NCBI GenBank assembly: GCA_045599105.1 | Contig: JAZRVL010000049.1 | Location: 6,507-70,506 of the forward strand | DNA length: 64,000 nt | Reading direction: 5' to 3' | Origin: Kiritimatiellia bacterium | GTDB taxonomy: Bacteria; Verrucomicrobiota; Kiritimatiellia; RFP12; UBA1067 | Shown here: positions 21,101-30,500 of the stretch, one piece after another | How the letters are laid out: each line of letters begins with the position of its first letter | Numbering within the stretch: position 1 is the stretch's first letter | Translations under genes and position numbers: made by a program | Notes under the pieces: generated by a model | Seen by the model: the letters and a program-made list of their open reading frames with translations, nothing else | Told to the model about the DNA's origin: nothing | Databases searched by the model: none

Positions 21101-24100
21101 TCGGTATCAAAGGAGTTCGGGTTAAGTCCGCCGCCTCGATAGCATGTTTCAAAACGCGCAAACCCTTTGCGCTTATCGATGCTTCCGTCGTAATTGAAGG
21201 TAAAGCGTTGCTCCGTACGATAGTTTACGCGTCCATCGTAAAAGATGCCTTCCCAGGAATTGCCTTCTTGCCAATCTGTAATACCGTCGCCATCCGTATC
21301 GCTACTGGCGGGATTGGTTGGATAGAACTTGTTCGGCCAAACCGAATCGAAGTTCGCCATAATCGACGGACAATCCTCGTAAACAAGCGTCGAGGTCGTA
21401 CCCGCGAATTCCAGCACCGTATTGAGCTTGTCCCCGTCGCCATCAGGAGTGTTGGCAACATCCTGATTGGTAATCGGATCAAGCCCGGCTACCTTTCTAA
21501 GATAAAGCTCCCAGCCATCTGGAAGTCCATCACCATCGGTATCCGCACCATGATTACTATTGGCGTGGGTAGTTTCCGTGCCAGCATACTGCACCGAATA
21601 CGGCTTGGATGGATTGGTGGTGTTAGCGAGCATCCGCCCGAGCATCGTCGTCGGACGACCATCAAACCCACCATAATTCTGACGGTACTTGAACAGGCGA
21701 TATTCGTAAATCGTGTTGTAGGGTGCGGTATTCTCACAAGGTCCTCCCCAACCTGTCCTCGGATCAAATCCACCGAAATAGTCATAAACCTGATCGTGAA
21801 TAACGGCAAAATTATCCGCCGCATTGACGATTACGCGCATATTGTCGCAGTCGGCCTCGGTAATCTTGTGCGTAGCTCCGGCAAGAGTGAGGTCTGGTGC
21901 CGGCAAATACTCGTCCCCGAGTTTAAACAAGGACGCGCCCAGAGTCTCTCTCAGCTTGTTGATATCCTCAATTGGCGTAGTAACAGTTGCAATTTTCGCA
22001 CCATAGAACTTAGTCGGCGCCGCTGGCAATGGATCGGGCTCTTCCAATACAATCGGCAAGTACCAACCGCACTTTTGCGGATCGCGCGCGACATCATCGC
22101 CGACGGTCTTGGTAACGCTATTCCACCAATAAGCCACCCACGCATCATAGAAATCCTTGTCGTTGGTGATGTAGATATCGTAAAGCCCCAACTCGTTCTT
22201 GCGCTCAATAAAGAGCGTTGGCTCGCGAGGCATTGCGGTATCATTGGTATTGACCCGCAAATTGCTGTAGGCCATAAAGTCGCCATCGTTGTTCGGATCC
22301 TGCGAAGGATTGATTTCGCGCGGATCGAGCGGATTGAGACCGTTCATAATTTCCCAACCGTCGATCATGCCGTCGCCATCGGTGTCGCACTGCACTGGAT
22401 TCGTGCCGATAAGGAATTCCTCAATATCCGAAATTCCATCGTTATCGAAGTCACGACCCGCGAGCGTCCCGCGCGTCGCCGCATTACCCTCGCTCGAACC
22501 CGTTACTGTTGGATTAAACGCATTGGCAATATCAACCGACTTAATTTCCTCTGGCTTGTCGATGTCCGCTTCCACAAAGCGCTTGCCAGTCATCGGCTTT
22601 TGCCAGACCCCATTATTGTCTGGATAACCAACCGTCGCCCCGTACCAGAACCAATATTCGTAGCCGTCGGGAAGCCCATCCTTATCCGTATCCGCCTCGG
22701 TTGGATTGGTCGGATTCTCTGGCGTCCACTTGCAATCCGTGCTCGCCCAAAACGCAGTCAGCTTGGCTTTTTGATCATCATCAAGATCTGCTAACTCCTT
22801 GAACTCTTCCTTGTCCTGATCATTCTTCTTAGAAACTGGAACTGACTGTTCAAGTCCTGGATGACCCTGCTCGTTAAAGTATGTACGGAAGGCCATTTCT
22901 TCCCAAATCGTAAAGTCGCGATCAGGAATTGTCTTATTTTCATCTGCATTTGGATAACGCGCGTTAAGACCTACACCAAAACCACGAATTTCCAAGAACG
23001 CATTGAACGCCCGTTCCAACTTCTCCCAGTTATTGGAAGTATTGGGCACAATTGCGTATCCGCCCGCGCTCATCGCCGGCAAGAAGTCTGCGTCGTCATT
23101 ATCTGCCGACATATCACGAAGGTCATTAACCCCCTCGCCTTCACCAGCGGAGGCCAAATTATACTCAACTACCTTTCTATCTGGAATACCATCTTGGTTA
23201 ATATCACCGCAGTTATCGGCCTCACGATATTCCTTGGAGAAGATGGCTTCCATAATGGTATCTTCATAACCGAGGTTATCACCATTCTTTTGATCTGGAA
23301 GTGCAACTGGGCTTTGGGTCATCGGTTCACCCGCAACTTCAGGCGCAAAGCCGCCGTAAATCACACTGCTTGCACCATTGCCTTCGCCAGTTGTCGTCTT
23401 CAACCAAGCATAAAGATACGAATCCTTCTTGTCCGCCGGGTCATATGTATAATACGCTGTAGGAGTCCCATCAACTGTCTTGCTTCCATACTCATCAATT
23501 GATTCATCATAAAGTCCTAAATTACCATTATCCTCATCGCCACATTTATATCCAGCTGCGGAAATGTATGCGCTCGCACTCACCCCCATGTTCCAATCAA
23601 GCTTAAAGCCACTGGCACCAGCGAAAATACCATTTGCCCAAACATGGCCCTTACCAATACCCGCAGCCGTATTGTACTTCTGCGAAAGCGCCGACGTTGA
23701 AAATCCCGATGCAGGTCCATGCGCCAAAGTTGTAAGTTTCTTCGACGCTTGAACATCAAAGAACCACTGATGCGAAACAAATCCCGTTCCGTTGTAATTG
23801 TCCTTATCAGTCACGGTAACTTGTACCGACTGAATACCTGGATTTGCAAATTTCGGGGTAAAGGTATATGTGTTTTTCTCATCTGGTCCAGTTGCAGTTT
23901 CAGTTTGCGAATTGCCTCCCACTGTCCATGACACCGTAAGAGGATTATCAGTAGTGGTGTCCTGTGAAACATCACTGAGGGTGTACTTAAATTCACACTT
24001 CGTTCCCACCGCTACTACAAATGCGTTCGTTACGTCATTCTCCGCACACGGCATTGCCGAAAAGACAATTTCCGGCTTGCAGTTCTCCACCGTGGCGTAG

Positions 24101-27100
24101 GAAGTAGTCGAGGTAAAGTAATCTTTCCATTTCGTTCCTGGCGCAGTCGGAACATCCGTATCCGTAGTCACCTCCGCCTTTATCGAGAAGCCCGTCTCCG
24201 AGGTGATTTTCGTACCATCCGCCTCCTGGAGCCAAATCTCCGTACGTGGCTGATTGGCCTTGATTGTGAGCGTGTAATACTTCTCCTCCTCATTCCACGC
24301 AAGTCCACCACCACCAAGTTTAAAGCACTTGTACGGATCGACTTCACTATTCTCGCACGTAACCGTGAGCTTAATATCAAGATCTTTCGATGCGGTTTCG
24401 CTGAGCTTAACGAACATATGCGCACTTTGATTCTTTGAGCCCGTCATATTCTCGTAAAAGAGCTTATTGCTGAACTCTTCCCCGTTCTCATCCGTCAATG
24501 CGACATACGGATGATCCGAGACATCTACATAAAAGACAAACTCTTCGCCCCAACGCATTGTTCCGTCAGGATCGCGCATATCCTTGTCGAGCAACCTGAC
24601 CGTAACTGTCGCTTCACCCGCCGAAGTAAATGCGTACGTAAATTTGGCCTCGCTCGGATTGCCAATAATCTCCGTAGCGTCCTTTGTGGTGCCGTCAAAC
24701 TCAACGATTTCATACTCAACCCTAAACCCGTCTTTTTTATCATCGGTATCAACTGCGGTACGATCCACCGTCGATGGCTCGTCAATCTCAAAGCTAAACT
24801 CCCGATTGACCCCCATCGGCGCGCTTATTAGATCACCTCTGTTATTGTGCATTGATTCACCAGACTTAGTAACAAAAGTGTTGCGATTGCCCATCGTAAT
24901 CTTAGTAATCGTCGGAATTACGTTCATCGAAGTAATTCTAAGGTCCTTTGACTGATAGCCAGGAACTTGCTTGTCGTCATCATCATCATATTCCATTTCC
25001 GTGCACAAAACAACCTCGAAACGAAGTTCTGTGCCATCCGCCACGCCATCGGTCAAGGTAATCGTCGACGCCTGGGATTCAAAGTCGTCACGTGAAATCT
25101 TCATACCTTGAGTGCCAGTTGTATTGCCAATAATGGCCTTGCCCGTTGCGCTCGCCTTGGTTGTATCATCCACTGGCTTTAAAAAGGCATAGCACACATC
25201 CGTCGCGCCTTCATAAGCCACCGAAAGCCCAACCTTAACCATGACATTAGCGCCTTCGTCGACTTCCACCAAAGAATCAATGTAGGTCTTGCCTTTGTCC
25301 AAGCTCACCAGCACCGTCGCGCGCGCCGACTCGGAAACCGTAACCGTAGTAATCGCTGGCTCACTTACAATGCTGGCATCCGAGCCAAGTTTAACTCTAA
25401 AGCTCGTTTCGTAAGTTCCCGAATTGTACTTTAACGAAGGACGCTCATCCGTTAATTTTCCATCACCGTCCACCTTCTTCAACACTCCTGTCGCATCAGG
25501 CCTCCAAGTCTCGTCAAATGCTTTCCACGCGCTATCGGATGCTTTCTTTTTATATTCAATCGTATATCCGTCACTGTCGTTCAGGTTCTTGTAGTTATCC
25601 GAAACCGTCAAGTCAAATGCGTAATCAACGTTACCCACTGCCGATGTAGTCGGTGGCACGGTGAGAACTGGCTTTTCATACTTAAGATGCATCGTTGACG
25701 GATTCATCGTCTTAAAGTATCCACCATCACCTTCAACCGAAGGCGTGAATAATATCTGGTGCTCACCCGCAGCCGTATGATTGTCCGCACCCAACGCATA
25801 AACATAAAGCGTAATCTTCGCACCATTTACGATATCCGTATTTGGATCGCCAGTATTTGCAAAATGCTTTGTCCACGCAGTTTGCGTAGTCCACGCAGCA
25901 CCCCCGTTTTGCTCGGAGATGCGTACATACTTAGACCAAGGATCTGATGCGTCCGTATCGTAGAGCGACGGAGTAACCGTAACATCAAATCCATCTCCCG
26001 TGTAGCCCGAGGCAATCTCTACCGTAAGCTCCGTTGCTGCGACCGTCTGATCGTTACCCGCGGGCACAATTATATTCGCGTCTGTCGCAGTGACCGTGAT
26101 GTTCGGCTCAAGCTTCTTGATTACCGCAACTGGAATGGTCAAATAGCTTTGCTCAGTCAATCCCGCCGAAGTCGTAACAAATCCGGGGTTCTCGCTGAGA
26201 TAAAGTACAGTTGACTCACCTTCCTTATCAGCTGGTGCGCTAATTGGGAATCGATAATCAATCTTGTCCGCCTCAATTGTAATGGTATGCACCTTGCGTG
26301 TAATGGTGGATTTTCCATCTTTTGCCGGCATATCCATCGGGACGCCTTCCGGCAAATCTACTATCGCATCATCATCACTCCACACATAAACCGTAGAGGA
26401 AAGCTTAGGTGTCCCCGTCACTTGAATCGCTGGTGACGAAGGAGCAGGCGAGTTGGAGCCCGCATGTACAGCACGCCAAATATTGGCGCTCTTGTCATAC
26501 CAGCTATTCTCCTCGTTCTCCCGATCCCGGAAGTCCACGGTACGCACATAAAACCCACTTATTGAAAGATCGGTATTTGACTTATTTGGAGCAAGACTCT
26601 CTGGCTGAGGTGCGTAGCGATAATCTACATTAGGATTAAAGATAAGCGCTGCCAAATCAGGACCCACCTCTCCATTGGTAATTTGCCATCCTGCAGTCCC
26701 ATTAAATCCATTAATTAAATTAATTTTAGTCCCTGAATTTGTAAGCGCAAAGCGCACTGGCAACGCCAAATCACCTGGCTGCACAACATACTTACAAATG
26801 ATGTCAGTATAAATTTTATATGTGCCATTAATTTCATAGTCTTCAACTTCAGCTTCACGAATAATGCCATTGCCCATTGCCAATGCAATTTTCGGACGAT
26901 TTACCGCCCATGCAACATCGTCAGAATAACTACCGACATAATGTAATGCCCATGGCTTTTTGCTTTCATAACCCGTAACATCCTTGTAGTCAGTGCTTAA
27001 AAGGCGAATCACAAAGCGAACTTCCTTGCCACCAACGAGTGGATTATCTAAGCTACTCACTGGTTCAGTAATGGCCGTACCACTAATACTATTACCTTGC

Positions 27101-27204
27101 CAGGCTCTAACCTCGTAGACCGCTGCGACATCAGCCGCCTTGGCCACCATCGCAAGTAGCCCAACTGCAATCATCGAGAATAATTTATTCATCTTCATAT
27201 CCAT
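15139..27204 (-). CDS. giant secreted protein (4021 aa): Ig-like N-terminal half, TSP3-like calcium-motif arrays, LamG domain
   Basis: Single uninterrupted ORF with signal peptide MNKLFSMIAVGLLAMVAKAADV. About 17-18 DxDxDGxxDxWE-type motifs by eye. LamG block FTVECWVKPE...WTHLALSYDGKELRLYVNGEQ...GYVAEVRIWDGARTEAEINS. Confidence 0.85.
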   Translation of the reverse strand: MDMKMNKLFSMIAVGLLAMVAKAADVAAVYEVRAWQGNSISGTAITEPVSSLDNPLVGGKEVRFVIRLLSTDYKDVTGYESKKPWALHYVGSYSDDVAWAVNRPKIALAMGNGIIREAEVEDYEINGTYKIYTDIICKYVVQPGDLALPVRFALTNSGTKINLINGFNGTAGWQITNGEVGPDLAALIFNPNVDYRYAPQPESLAPNKSNTDLSISGFYVRTVDFRDRENEENSWYDKSANIWRAVHAGSNSPAPSSPAIQVTGTPKLSSTVYVWSDDDAIVDLPEGVPMDMPAKDGKSTITRKVHTITIEADKIDYRFPISAPADKEGESTVLYLSENPGFVTTSAGLTEQSYLTIPVAVIKKLEPNITVTATDANIIVPAGNDQTVAATELTVEIASGYTGDGFDVTVTPSLYDTDASDPWSKYVRISEQNGGAAWTTQTAWTKHFANTGDPNTDIVNGAKITLYVYALGADNHTAAGEHQILFTPSVEGDGGYFKTMNPSTMHLKYEKPVLTVPPTTSAVGNVDYAFDLTVSDNYKNLNDSDGYTIEYKKKASDSAWKAFDETWRPDATGVLKKVDGDGKLTDERPSLKYNSGTYETSFRVKLGSDASIVSEPAITTVTVSESARATVLVSLDKGKTYIDSLVEVDEGANVMVKVGLSVAYEGATDVCYAFLKPVDDTTKASATGKAIIGNTTGTQGMKISRDDFESQASTITLTDGVADGTELRFEVVLCTEMEYDDDDDKQVPGYQSKDLRITSMNVIPTITKITMGNRNTFVTKSGESMHNNRGDLISAPMGVNREFSFEIDEPSTVDRTAVDTDDKKDGFRVEYEIVEFDGTTKDATEIIGNPSEAKFTYAFTSAGEATVTVRLLDKDMRDPDGTMRWGEEFVFYVDVSDHPYVALTDENGEEFSNKLFYENMTGSKNQSAHMFVKLSETASKDLDIKLTVTCENSEVDPYKCFKLGGGGLAWNEEEKYYTLTIKANQPRTEIWLQEADGTKITSETGFSIKAEVTTDTDVPTAPGTKWKDYFTSTTSYATVENCKPEIVFSAMPCAENDVTNAFVVAVGTKCEFKYTLSDVSQDTTTDNPLTVSWTVGGNSQTETATGPDEKNTYTFTPKFANPGIQSVQVTVTDKDNYNGTGFVSHQWFFDVQASKKLTTLAHGPASGFSTSALSQKYNTAAGIGKGHVWANGIFAGASGFKLDWNMGVSASAYISAAGYKCGDEDNGNLGLYDESIDEYGSKTVDGTPTAYYTYDPADKKDSYLYAWLKTTTGEGNGASSVIYGGFAPEVAGEPMTQSPVALPDQKNGDNLGYEDTIMEAIFSKEYREADNCGDINQDGIPDRKVVEYNLASAGEGEGVNDLRDMSADNDDADFLPAMSAGGYAIVPNTSNNWEKLERAFNAFLEIRGFGVGLNARYPNADENKTIPDRDFTIWEEMAFRTYFNEQGHPGLEQSVPVSKKNDQDKEEFKELADLDDDQKAKLTAFWASTDCKWTPENPTNPTEADTDKDGLPDGYEYWFWYGATVGYPDNNGVWQKPMTGKRFVEADIDKPEEIKSVDIANAFNPTVTGSSEGNAATRGTLAGRDFDNDGISDIEEFLIGTNPVQCDTDGDGMIDGWEIMNGLNPLDPREINPSQDPNNDGDFMAYSNLRVNTNDTAMPREPTLFIERKNELGLYDIYITNDKDFYDAWVAYWWNSVTKTVGDDVARDPQKCGWYLPIVLEEPDPLPAAPTKFYGAKIATVTTPIEDINKLRETLGASLFKLGDEYLPAPDLTLAGATHKITEADCDNMRVIVNAADNFAVIHDQVYDYFGGFDPRTGWGGPCENTAPYNTIYEYRLFKYRQNYGGFDGRPTTMLGRMLANTTNPSKPYSVQYAGTETTHANSNHGADTDGDGLPDGWELYLRKVAGLDPITNQDVANTPDGDGDKLNTVLEFAGTTSTLVYEDCPSIMANFDSVWPNKFYPTNPASSDTDGDGITDWQEGNSWEGIFYDGRVNYRTEQRFTFNYDGSIDKRKGFARFETCYRGGGLNPNSFDTDGDGLPDLWEWQFAGFVVNGEGNPVSGPAVYTDKLKAADGTLNGITPIIDTPDPDRNSRNGNGHFIAGGMDGTYSFDAYTYMDMAELMDYRTGTYRDFDFDGDGLQNYQEYLVQAVRSFRYDDSETPLNGRIVKWPVINPFSLEEPDPITVSERVSAYTYPSFDYTSETNFYALAIKENPAMAALYAEGALDPNDWDWAATGYFAPPPRTWDPNASMLYMQPPSPVYEVTFFGAARLPAIVYASTDPRQWDSDVDGMDDYWELYHGLNPLYGGESGRDIISESLGEIKVTNAEGETKTIIINAKENAWTRFGEIEANYDFDRYPWLAGAPDADPDNDKIRNFEEAITGNMTSPTTSHTDPTPLWMTEPSAPLSVTRLSYAYYSEKLPWAIVGESQDTGRDYMFTFEGNEGYDTDNDWTADSRELTAGIIAATDPLVTSDPYRRAAIYLGGEDNKGVAYQRTGTYINPHSEKLNTDAAYDMFRQFTVECWVKPEAEGTILERGAVYTPATAGAEQGTEQWRANFRLELKEGKFVGSFDDSAAVPSGTPGAGCIVVSRESAKLGEWTHLALSYDGKELRLYVNGEQEAYAQSSLIPANGIVPILQDPASSADYPAADFTVAPGSFVIGARHIKYPITFHPELETTYPATIDEVGALTDFFKGYVAEVRIWDGARTEAEINSEKGKAYTLSDVEENRTKVFEAWSNEARRNDNANVMGTAAIPPQLMMHYDFTSLPGATKEEDVALVPGAFNVKGAFAPDNTVDDNLLAPSWWVDQTTLKCKSTVYTDATVLPWIENTVAHLSAMDGSFADSIYWADARAAYVPSNTSGFDSFKIPNSANPYGWATYENDNDNRRFKVLRYEEMHPEYEGLYLKRRFDNRSRMVGVTDLLPLGGAFAKRESDYWDGQGAMTAWTLTGIDSNGDGVPDWYMGNPADYMRDLVAGLLPGSTVPDPAFRDIADFNGNGLPDWWEQIYGISGKNGHEDSDKDGLSNYVEYLLNEVYMIPGKSFDPINPKTNGYVPDAYVKLGKLYIGDVFTDHDHMADTWEVQWKNLSAVSPYIYDANKDPDGDGWSNYAEFQADTDPTKNASLAIDGIEVAQYPVPIVEASITYLGEQNVNCPIVVQAWNCADEKSRTFQSIPDAKWTIGEVNTGDDRQTTSNTNVMAKTKFLGMNPSKEIMTHLSPGSVVAGSFKIEFKDPNWLVVDLMSGQSYSHGAESADWESLVHDSMRNDNSGKGDLVYELNGEVLGEIDYATGEVVVDFSKLPEYAIFTGDLADPTSATIGATIVSVYTFAQSYTRIAWSSKPVSAGRTSTYYLGDADPRSESNNSVGHLKEGKNNFIVFADTIDANGKYDPGEPFGVAYNVDVGWNYGKFAIELTDTNPVFARYQLTTGMTDRQVVRSDTGDVIESEASGAAVDPTTHWTRIYMQGFKMNGQTTATEVNINGYKVMDKVIDYSDAGRNYIHEGDILDPDNGIYDIGWGMIPEGSSDNDVAEVVFGVVLGNVAIEEGANAKNKVTMSSLLDVSNALVQAQCIVRRYDSFTDRKVPTPIAPGGTSDGVVYSPRPTFKWTDNGYNTYTAFQISVEGDDFSWKSGIQLMPARGADGYYCWTAPICVGDSTIDGEEFKNDKTYKWKITSYNAKFRSDKWSNAVSFKMNVPEDQLDYGTIEVAVKYFGHTVVLDEGTVRVEAFDTPDFSGLSASAGYVKTADKSSVSNSTTAPVKNASIIGLTEGSYYVMAYIDTNNNGKRDNWESWGYACVRDQRDGIIYTPKSIKVGPKVGTHNLVTVYIDDCDTDQDGLPDAWEWTQSKNLSTKGATELAPRTAGSYVSMKSLVGELTTNENPVSKGLATLMSVSLGNANLLAAMMNLDVGEGEDPNDAIIKATTDAKIAEHSLSIANFVVEDGKAKFKVVADVESAAADSELAVFYTFPAVENLTVEYRILKYTSLAAKPIVAKEGTITLGKTEAVIEMPLEDEDATGAMYQIKVSQK
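17850..18365 (-). repeat. second block of TSP3-like calcium motifs (downstream of the LamG domain in the protein)
   Basis: GIDSNGDGVPDWYMG, DFNGNGLPDWWEQIYG, HEDSDKDGLSNYVEYLL and NKDPDGDGWSNYAEFQADTDPT. Confidence 0.65.
19060..19653 (-). other. LamG / concanavalin-like domain inside the 4021-aa protein
   Basis: FTVECWVKPEAEGTILERG...EWTHLALSYDGKELRLYVNGEQ...VAEVRIWDGARTEAEIN is the classic LamG start, core and end pattern. F2518 maps to 19653-19651. Confidence 0.7.
19836..23205 (-). repeat. main array of TSP3-like calcium motifs
   Basis: Runs from DINQDGIPD to YDTDNDWTADSRE. Examples are EADTDKDGLPDGYEYW, CDTDGDGMIDGWEIMNGLNPLDP, GADTDGDGLPDGWELYL, SFDTDGDGLPDLWEWQF and QWDSDVDGMDDYWELYHGLNPL. 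Confidence 0.7.
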
Positions 27205-27210
27205 TATCCT

Positions 27211-27594
27211 TTACTTTGAAGTTTTATCTGAAATTTTCTGTCTATCGGCAATCTCTTTGCGAATCCGTTCGCGCACTATCGCCTGATTTTCTATCCGACT
27301 TCGCTCAATCTCTTGGCTCACCGCCTCAACCTCCGCTTTGAGCTTTTCAACCTCTTCTCCTACGACTACTCCCGACTTCTTCAACTCCTCCAACCGAGCC
27401 ACCGCCGGTGCCCGCTTCTTCATCAACTGCTTCAGCTTCGCCGCCTGCTGCTTTAGGACATCTTGATACTGCGTATCCTCGGCCCGATCGACGACGACCT
27501 CTTCCTCCTTTTCGTTCTTTCCGCAGCCGCAAACCGCCGAAATCATCAGCGACAGCGCCACGATAGGAAGAAGTATATCATATTTTGGTCTCAT
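27211..27594 (-). CDS. small lipoprotein-like coiled-coil protein
   Basis: 127 aa. A hydrophobic segment LLPIVALSLMISAVCGCG is followed by a Lys/Glu-rich heptad-like sequence. ATGA overlap with the 2843-aa gene stop, and 6 nt before the 4021-aa gene start. Confidence 0.6.
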   Translation of the reverse strand: MRPKYDILLPIVALSLMISAVCGCGKNEKEEEVVVDRAEDTQYQDVLKQQAAKLKQLMKKRAPAVARLEELKKSGVVVGEEVEKLKAEVEAVSQEIERSRIENQAIVRERIRKEIADRQKISDKTSK

Positions 27595-30500
27595 TTTTCC
27601 TCCTTTTCGCCAAAATCATACCAATTGACTGGTGAAAGTGTTTCAATACCGATGTTGCTAATTTCCGTATTGATTTTAAACCAATTAAATACTGGCGCTT
27701 CGTCTCGCCTGCCCCACCATTCTCCCCAACCATCCTTCCAGGTCGGTGAATAACGTGAATATGGGTCAATGATTTCAATTGATGATTGAAACTCTTTTTC
27801 CGATCCCGCAGGATAGAACGAATTAGGTCCGAAGATAAACCACCTTAAAGGCACCCACCCCTTATTATAGGGCAAATTGTTGACAATCTTGCCAGTAACC
27901 TTAAAGGTTACGCTCGTCCAACTCGAAATATCGCCGCGAATATAATCCAACGAAGTCTTGCCAGGATCCACCGAGCGCAACACATCAGGTGCGCGCGGCG
28001 AGCCAGTAACCACCTCCTCGCGAGTATTGGTTATACACATATAGACACTGAGTCGACGATTTTCCTTGATATCACCCTCCTCAGCATCCTCGTCAATAAC
28101 AACTCTGGACGGTCTTTCAACAAACCCCACCTTGAACGCCCAATCTGCTTGGAACGGATTAATATCAAGCCAATACATTTCGGTAAGCGAAAGCTCACGC
28201 TTAATCTCACCATTCATTTTCATAAGCCCCGCAATATGAATCTCTTGCGGGCTATCGTCGCACTCAAACATTTCTCCATGCGCATTCATTCCCTTATTTA
28301 ACCAATCCACAATCGCCATCCGATATGGATCATCCGCTTTCACATACTCATCAAGACGCGAATCGGGCTTGCTCTTGGCCCTAACTTCAATCGTCTCTGT
28401 CGCATTCCGTGCTACATTTACCGTCACCTTCCCCCGCGTTTCGCTAAGCACTATCGGCACTCCATTGGTAGTAACCTCTCCAAGCTCATACCAATTTTCA
28501 ATATTGTAGACAATATTGGTTCCGTCGGGCGACTCCTTGGGCACGATTACAAGCACTGGTTCCGTTGTATCAATCGCCTCGCCCACCGTTTGTGTAAAAT
28601 GCCCTGGCTCTGGCTCTACATAGCAATAAACAAACACGGTTGATCCACTCGGTGTCGGATGGTTGGGATCAATTGTCTGACCCTCGTTCTTGCGCCCCGG
28701 GGTGCGCTTCGGCGTATTCGACCAATTTTCGACGCCCTCGCCGTGCGAAGTAAGGACGCTTAGCGAGTGATCGCCATCAAGCATATCATTACCAATATCA
28801 AACCACGCTCCACCCGCTTCACCTGCGTTAAGGTCAAGCGCCAACTTCTCTGCCGAATATTCGTATCCCTTCTCCGAACTGATTTCGTTGTAGATATTGG
28901 TGCCTTCAAGTACAATTTCCTGTTCAATTACGCCCGAATCGCGCACGAGCCGAATCGCCACCGGATAGAAGTCGGAGGCAATGTGCCCATCCGCCGCGAA
29001 TGTACAATCGTTAACCGCCAACTTCCACGTTCCATCCACGTCTCCTCCTGCGCTCACGATATTATCCGAAGACCCCGGGCTTGCCACCGAAAGGAACACG
29101 CACTTCGAATCCTCGTGCGTTTTCTTGGAGGAGGTCGCCTCGCCCGGCGCAAGCTTACGTGTCAAGCTTGTAGTATCCGTGAACAAGCATGCTGTGTTGG
29201 TCGTACCCTCCATTGAAATGAAGTCCAAATGCCATCCTGGGATTGATGCCTCATACGGAATTGCCACTTCCACAAACTGATAATTCTCGTCGCGATTCTT
29301 ATATGACAACTCGTCCACATATCCGCCGAACACGTTCACCTCGTTAATCCACGCCCAACCCGGGCTCACCGAGTCGAGAATCGTATATGCGGCAAATGAA
29401 TTATAGGACTTGTATTCAACATCATTATAGTCGATGCCCACATACCACTGCGGCTTCTCCCAGTCGTTCTTGCGCATCAGCGTCTTGACGGGCTTGTCGG
29501 ATTCGGTAGTGTAATACTCGACTTCCAGCATATACTGTACGACGCTTCCCGGCTCTTTGATTGCGCCGATGCAGGAACTGTTGTCGTAGGAGCCGCGGAA
29601 AACGAGCGGCGCATCTTCGCACTCCACGAGTTGAAGGTGGCCCGTCTTTTTGTCGTTCTGCCAATTGTCATATCCCCATGTCATCAATCCGTTGTACCAA
29701 TGCAAGGTGACCTTGATGCCCTTCTTGAAATCAATATCGTCCGGCAGCTGCGAAGCGTACACTTCAGCCTGCACGCCGAAATCCTCGTTAGCGAGCGGTT
29801 GCTCCGTCTTGTCTTGATAGCCCGGATTGAATGCACGCCCCTTGAGATTGCTTCTGAAGGCAAACACATTCCTGAACGCGAGCATCGGCCGCACCGCCTC
29901 GCAAACCACGACTTCGTCGAACGCAACTCTCACCGGGACGTCTGGCCGCGGATCGTCTGCCTTGCCCATCTCCTGCGCATCCTTAACCCCTACTACCGCA
30001 AAGCGGAATACCTTGTACTCATCGCCCGGCTCTGTGCGATAGGAGTAAGTATGATAAAGGTTGTCAGTTACATCAAAGTGGGTTACGTACTTCCACTGAC
30101 TGTCATCGGTCAAATCTCCGCTCTTTGCGCCATAAACTGTAATTCGCGCCGTTTCTCCCTTATTGACATCGTACCGCCGTGCCTTGAAAATAACCTCGCC
30201 CACTTCCGCATCCTTAAATGTCGGGGTCTGTACAAATGGCTGATGCTCCTTGTAGGCGGCTTGTTCTTCGTAAATCGTATCACTATACACGGAATTGTTT
30301 AGTGCCACCGAAAGTCCGAAATCTTCCAATGGCCCGCCGTCGGCAACATTGTCCGCTAAATACATAAGTTGACCGTCCCCGCTCTTATGCAAATCAGCGC
30401 TCGTGCGTAAATTCCAGCCCCACCAACACGAAGTATCAAGCACTGGCTCGTCTCGACAAAATACTTGCGTAATGATAACTCGCCCATAATTCGGGTTCTT

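Noticed and set aside
19336-22794. Long plus-strand ORFs of 477 aa (19336-20769) and 528 aa (21208-22794).
   Set aside because: They lie wholly antisense to the GC-rich part of the 4021-aa gene. They translate to Arg/Ile/Leu-rich low-complexity sequence with no motifs. This is the expected artefact of stop-poor antisense frames in a codon-biased gene.
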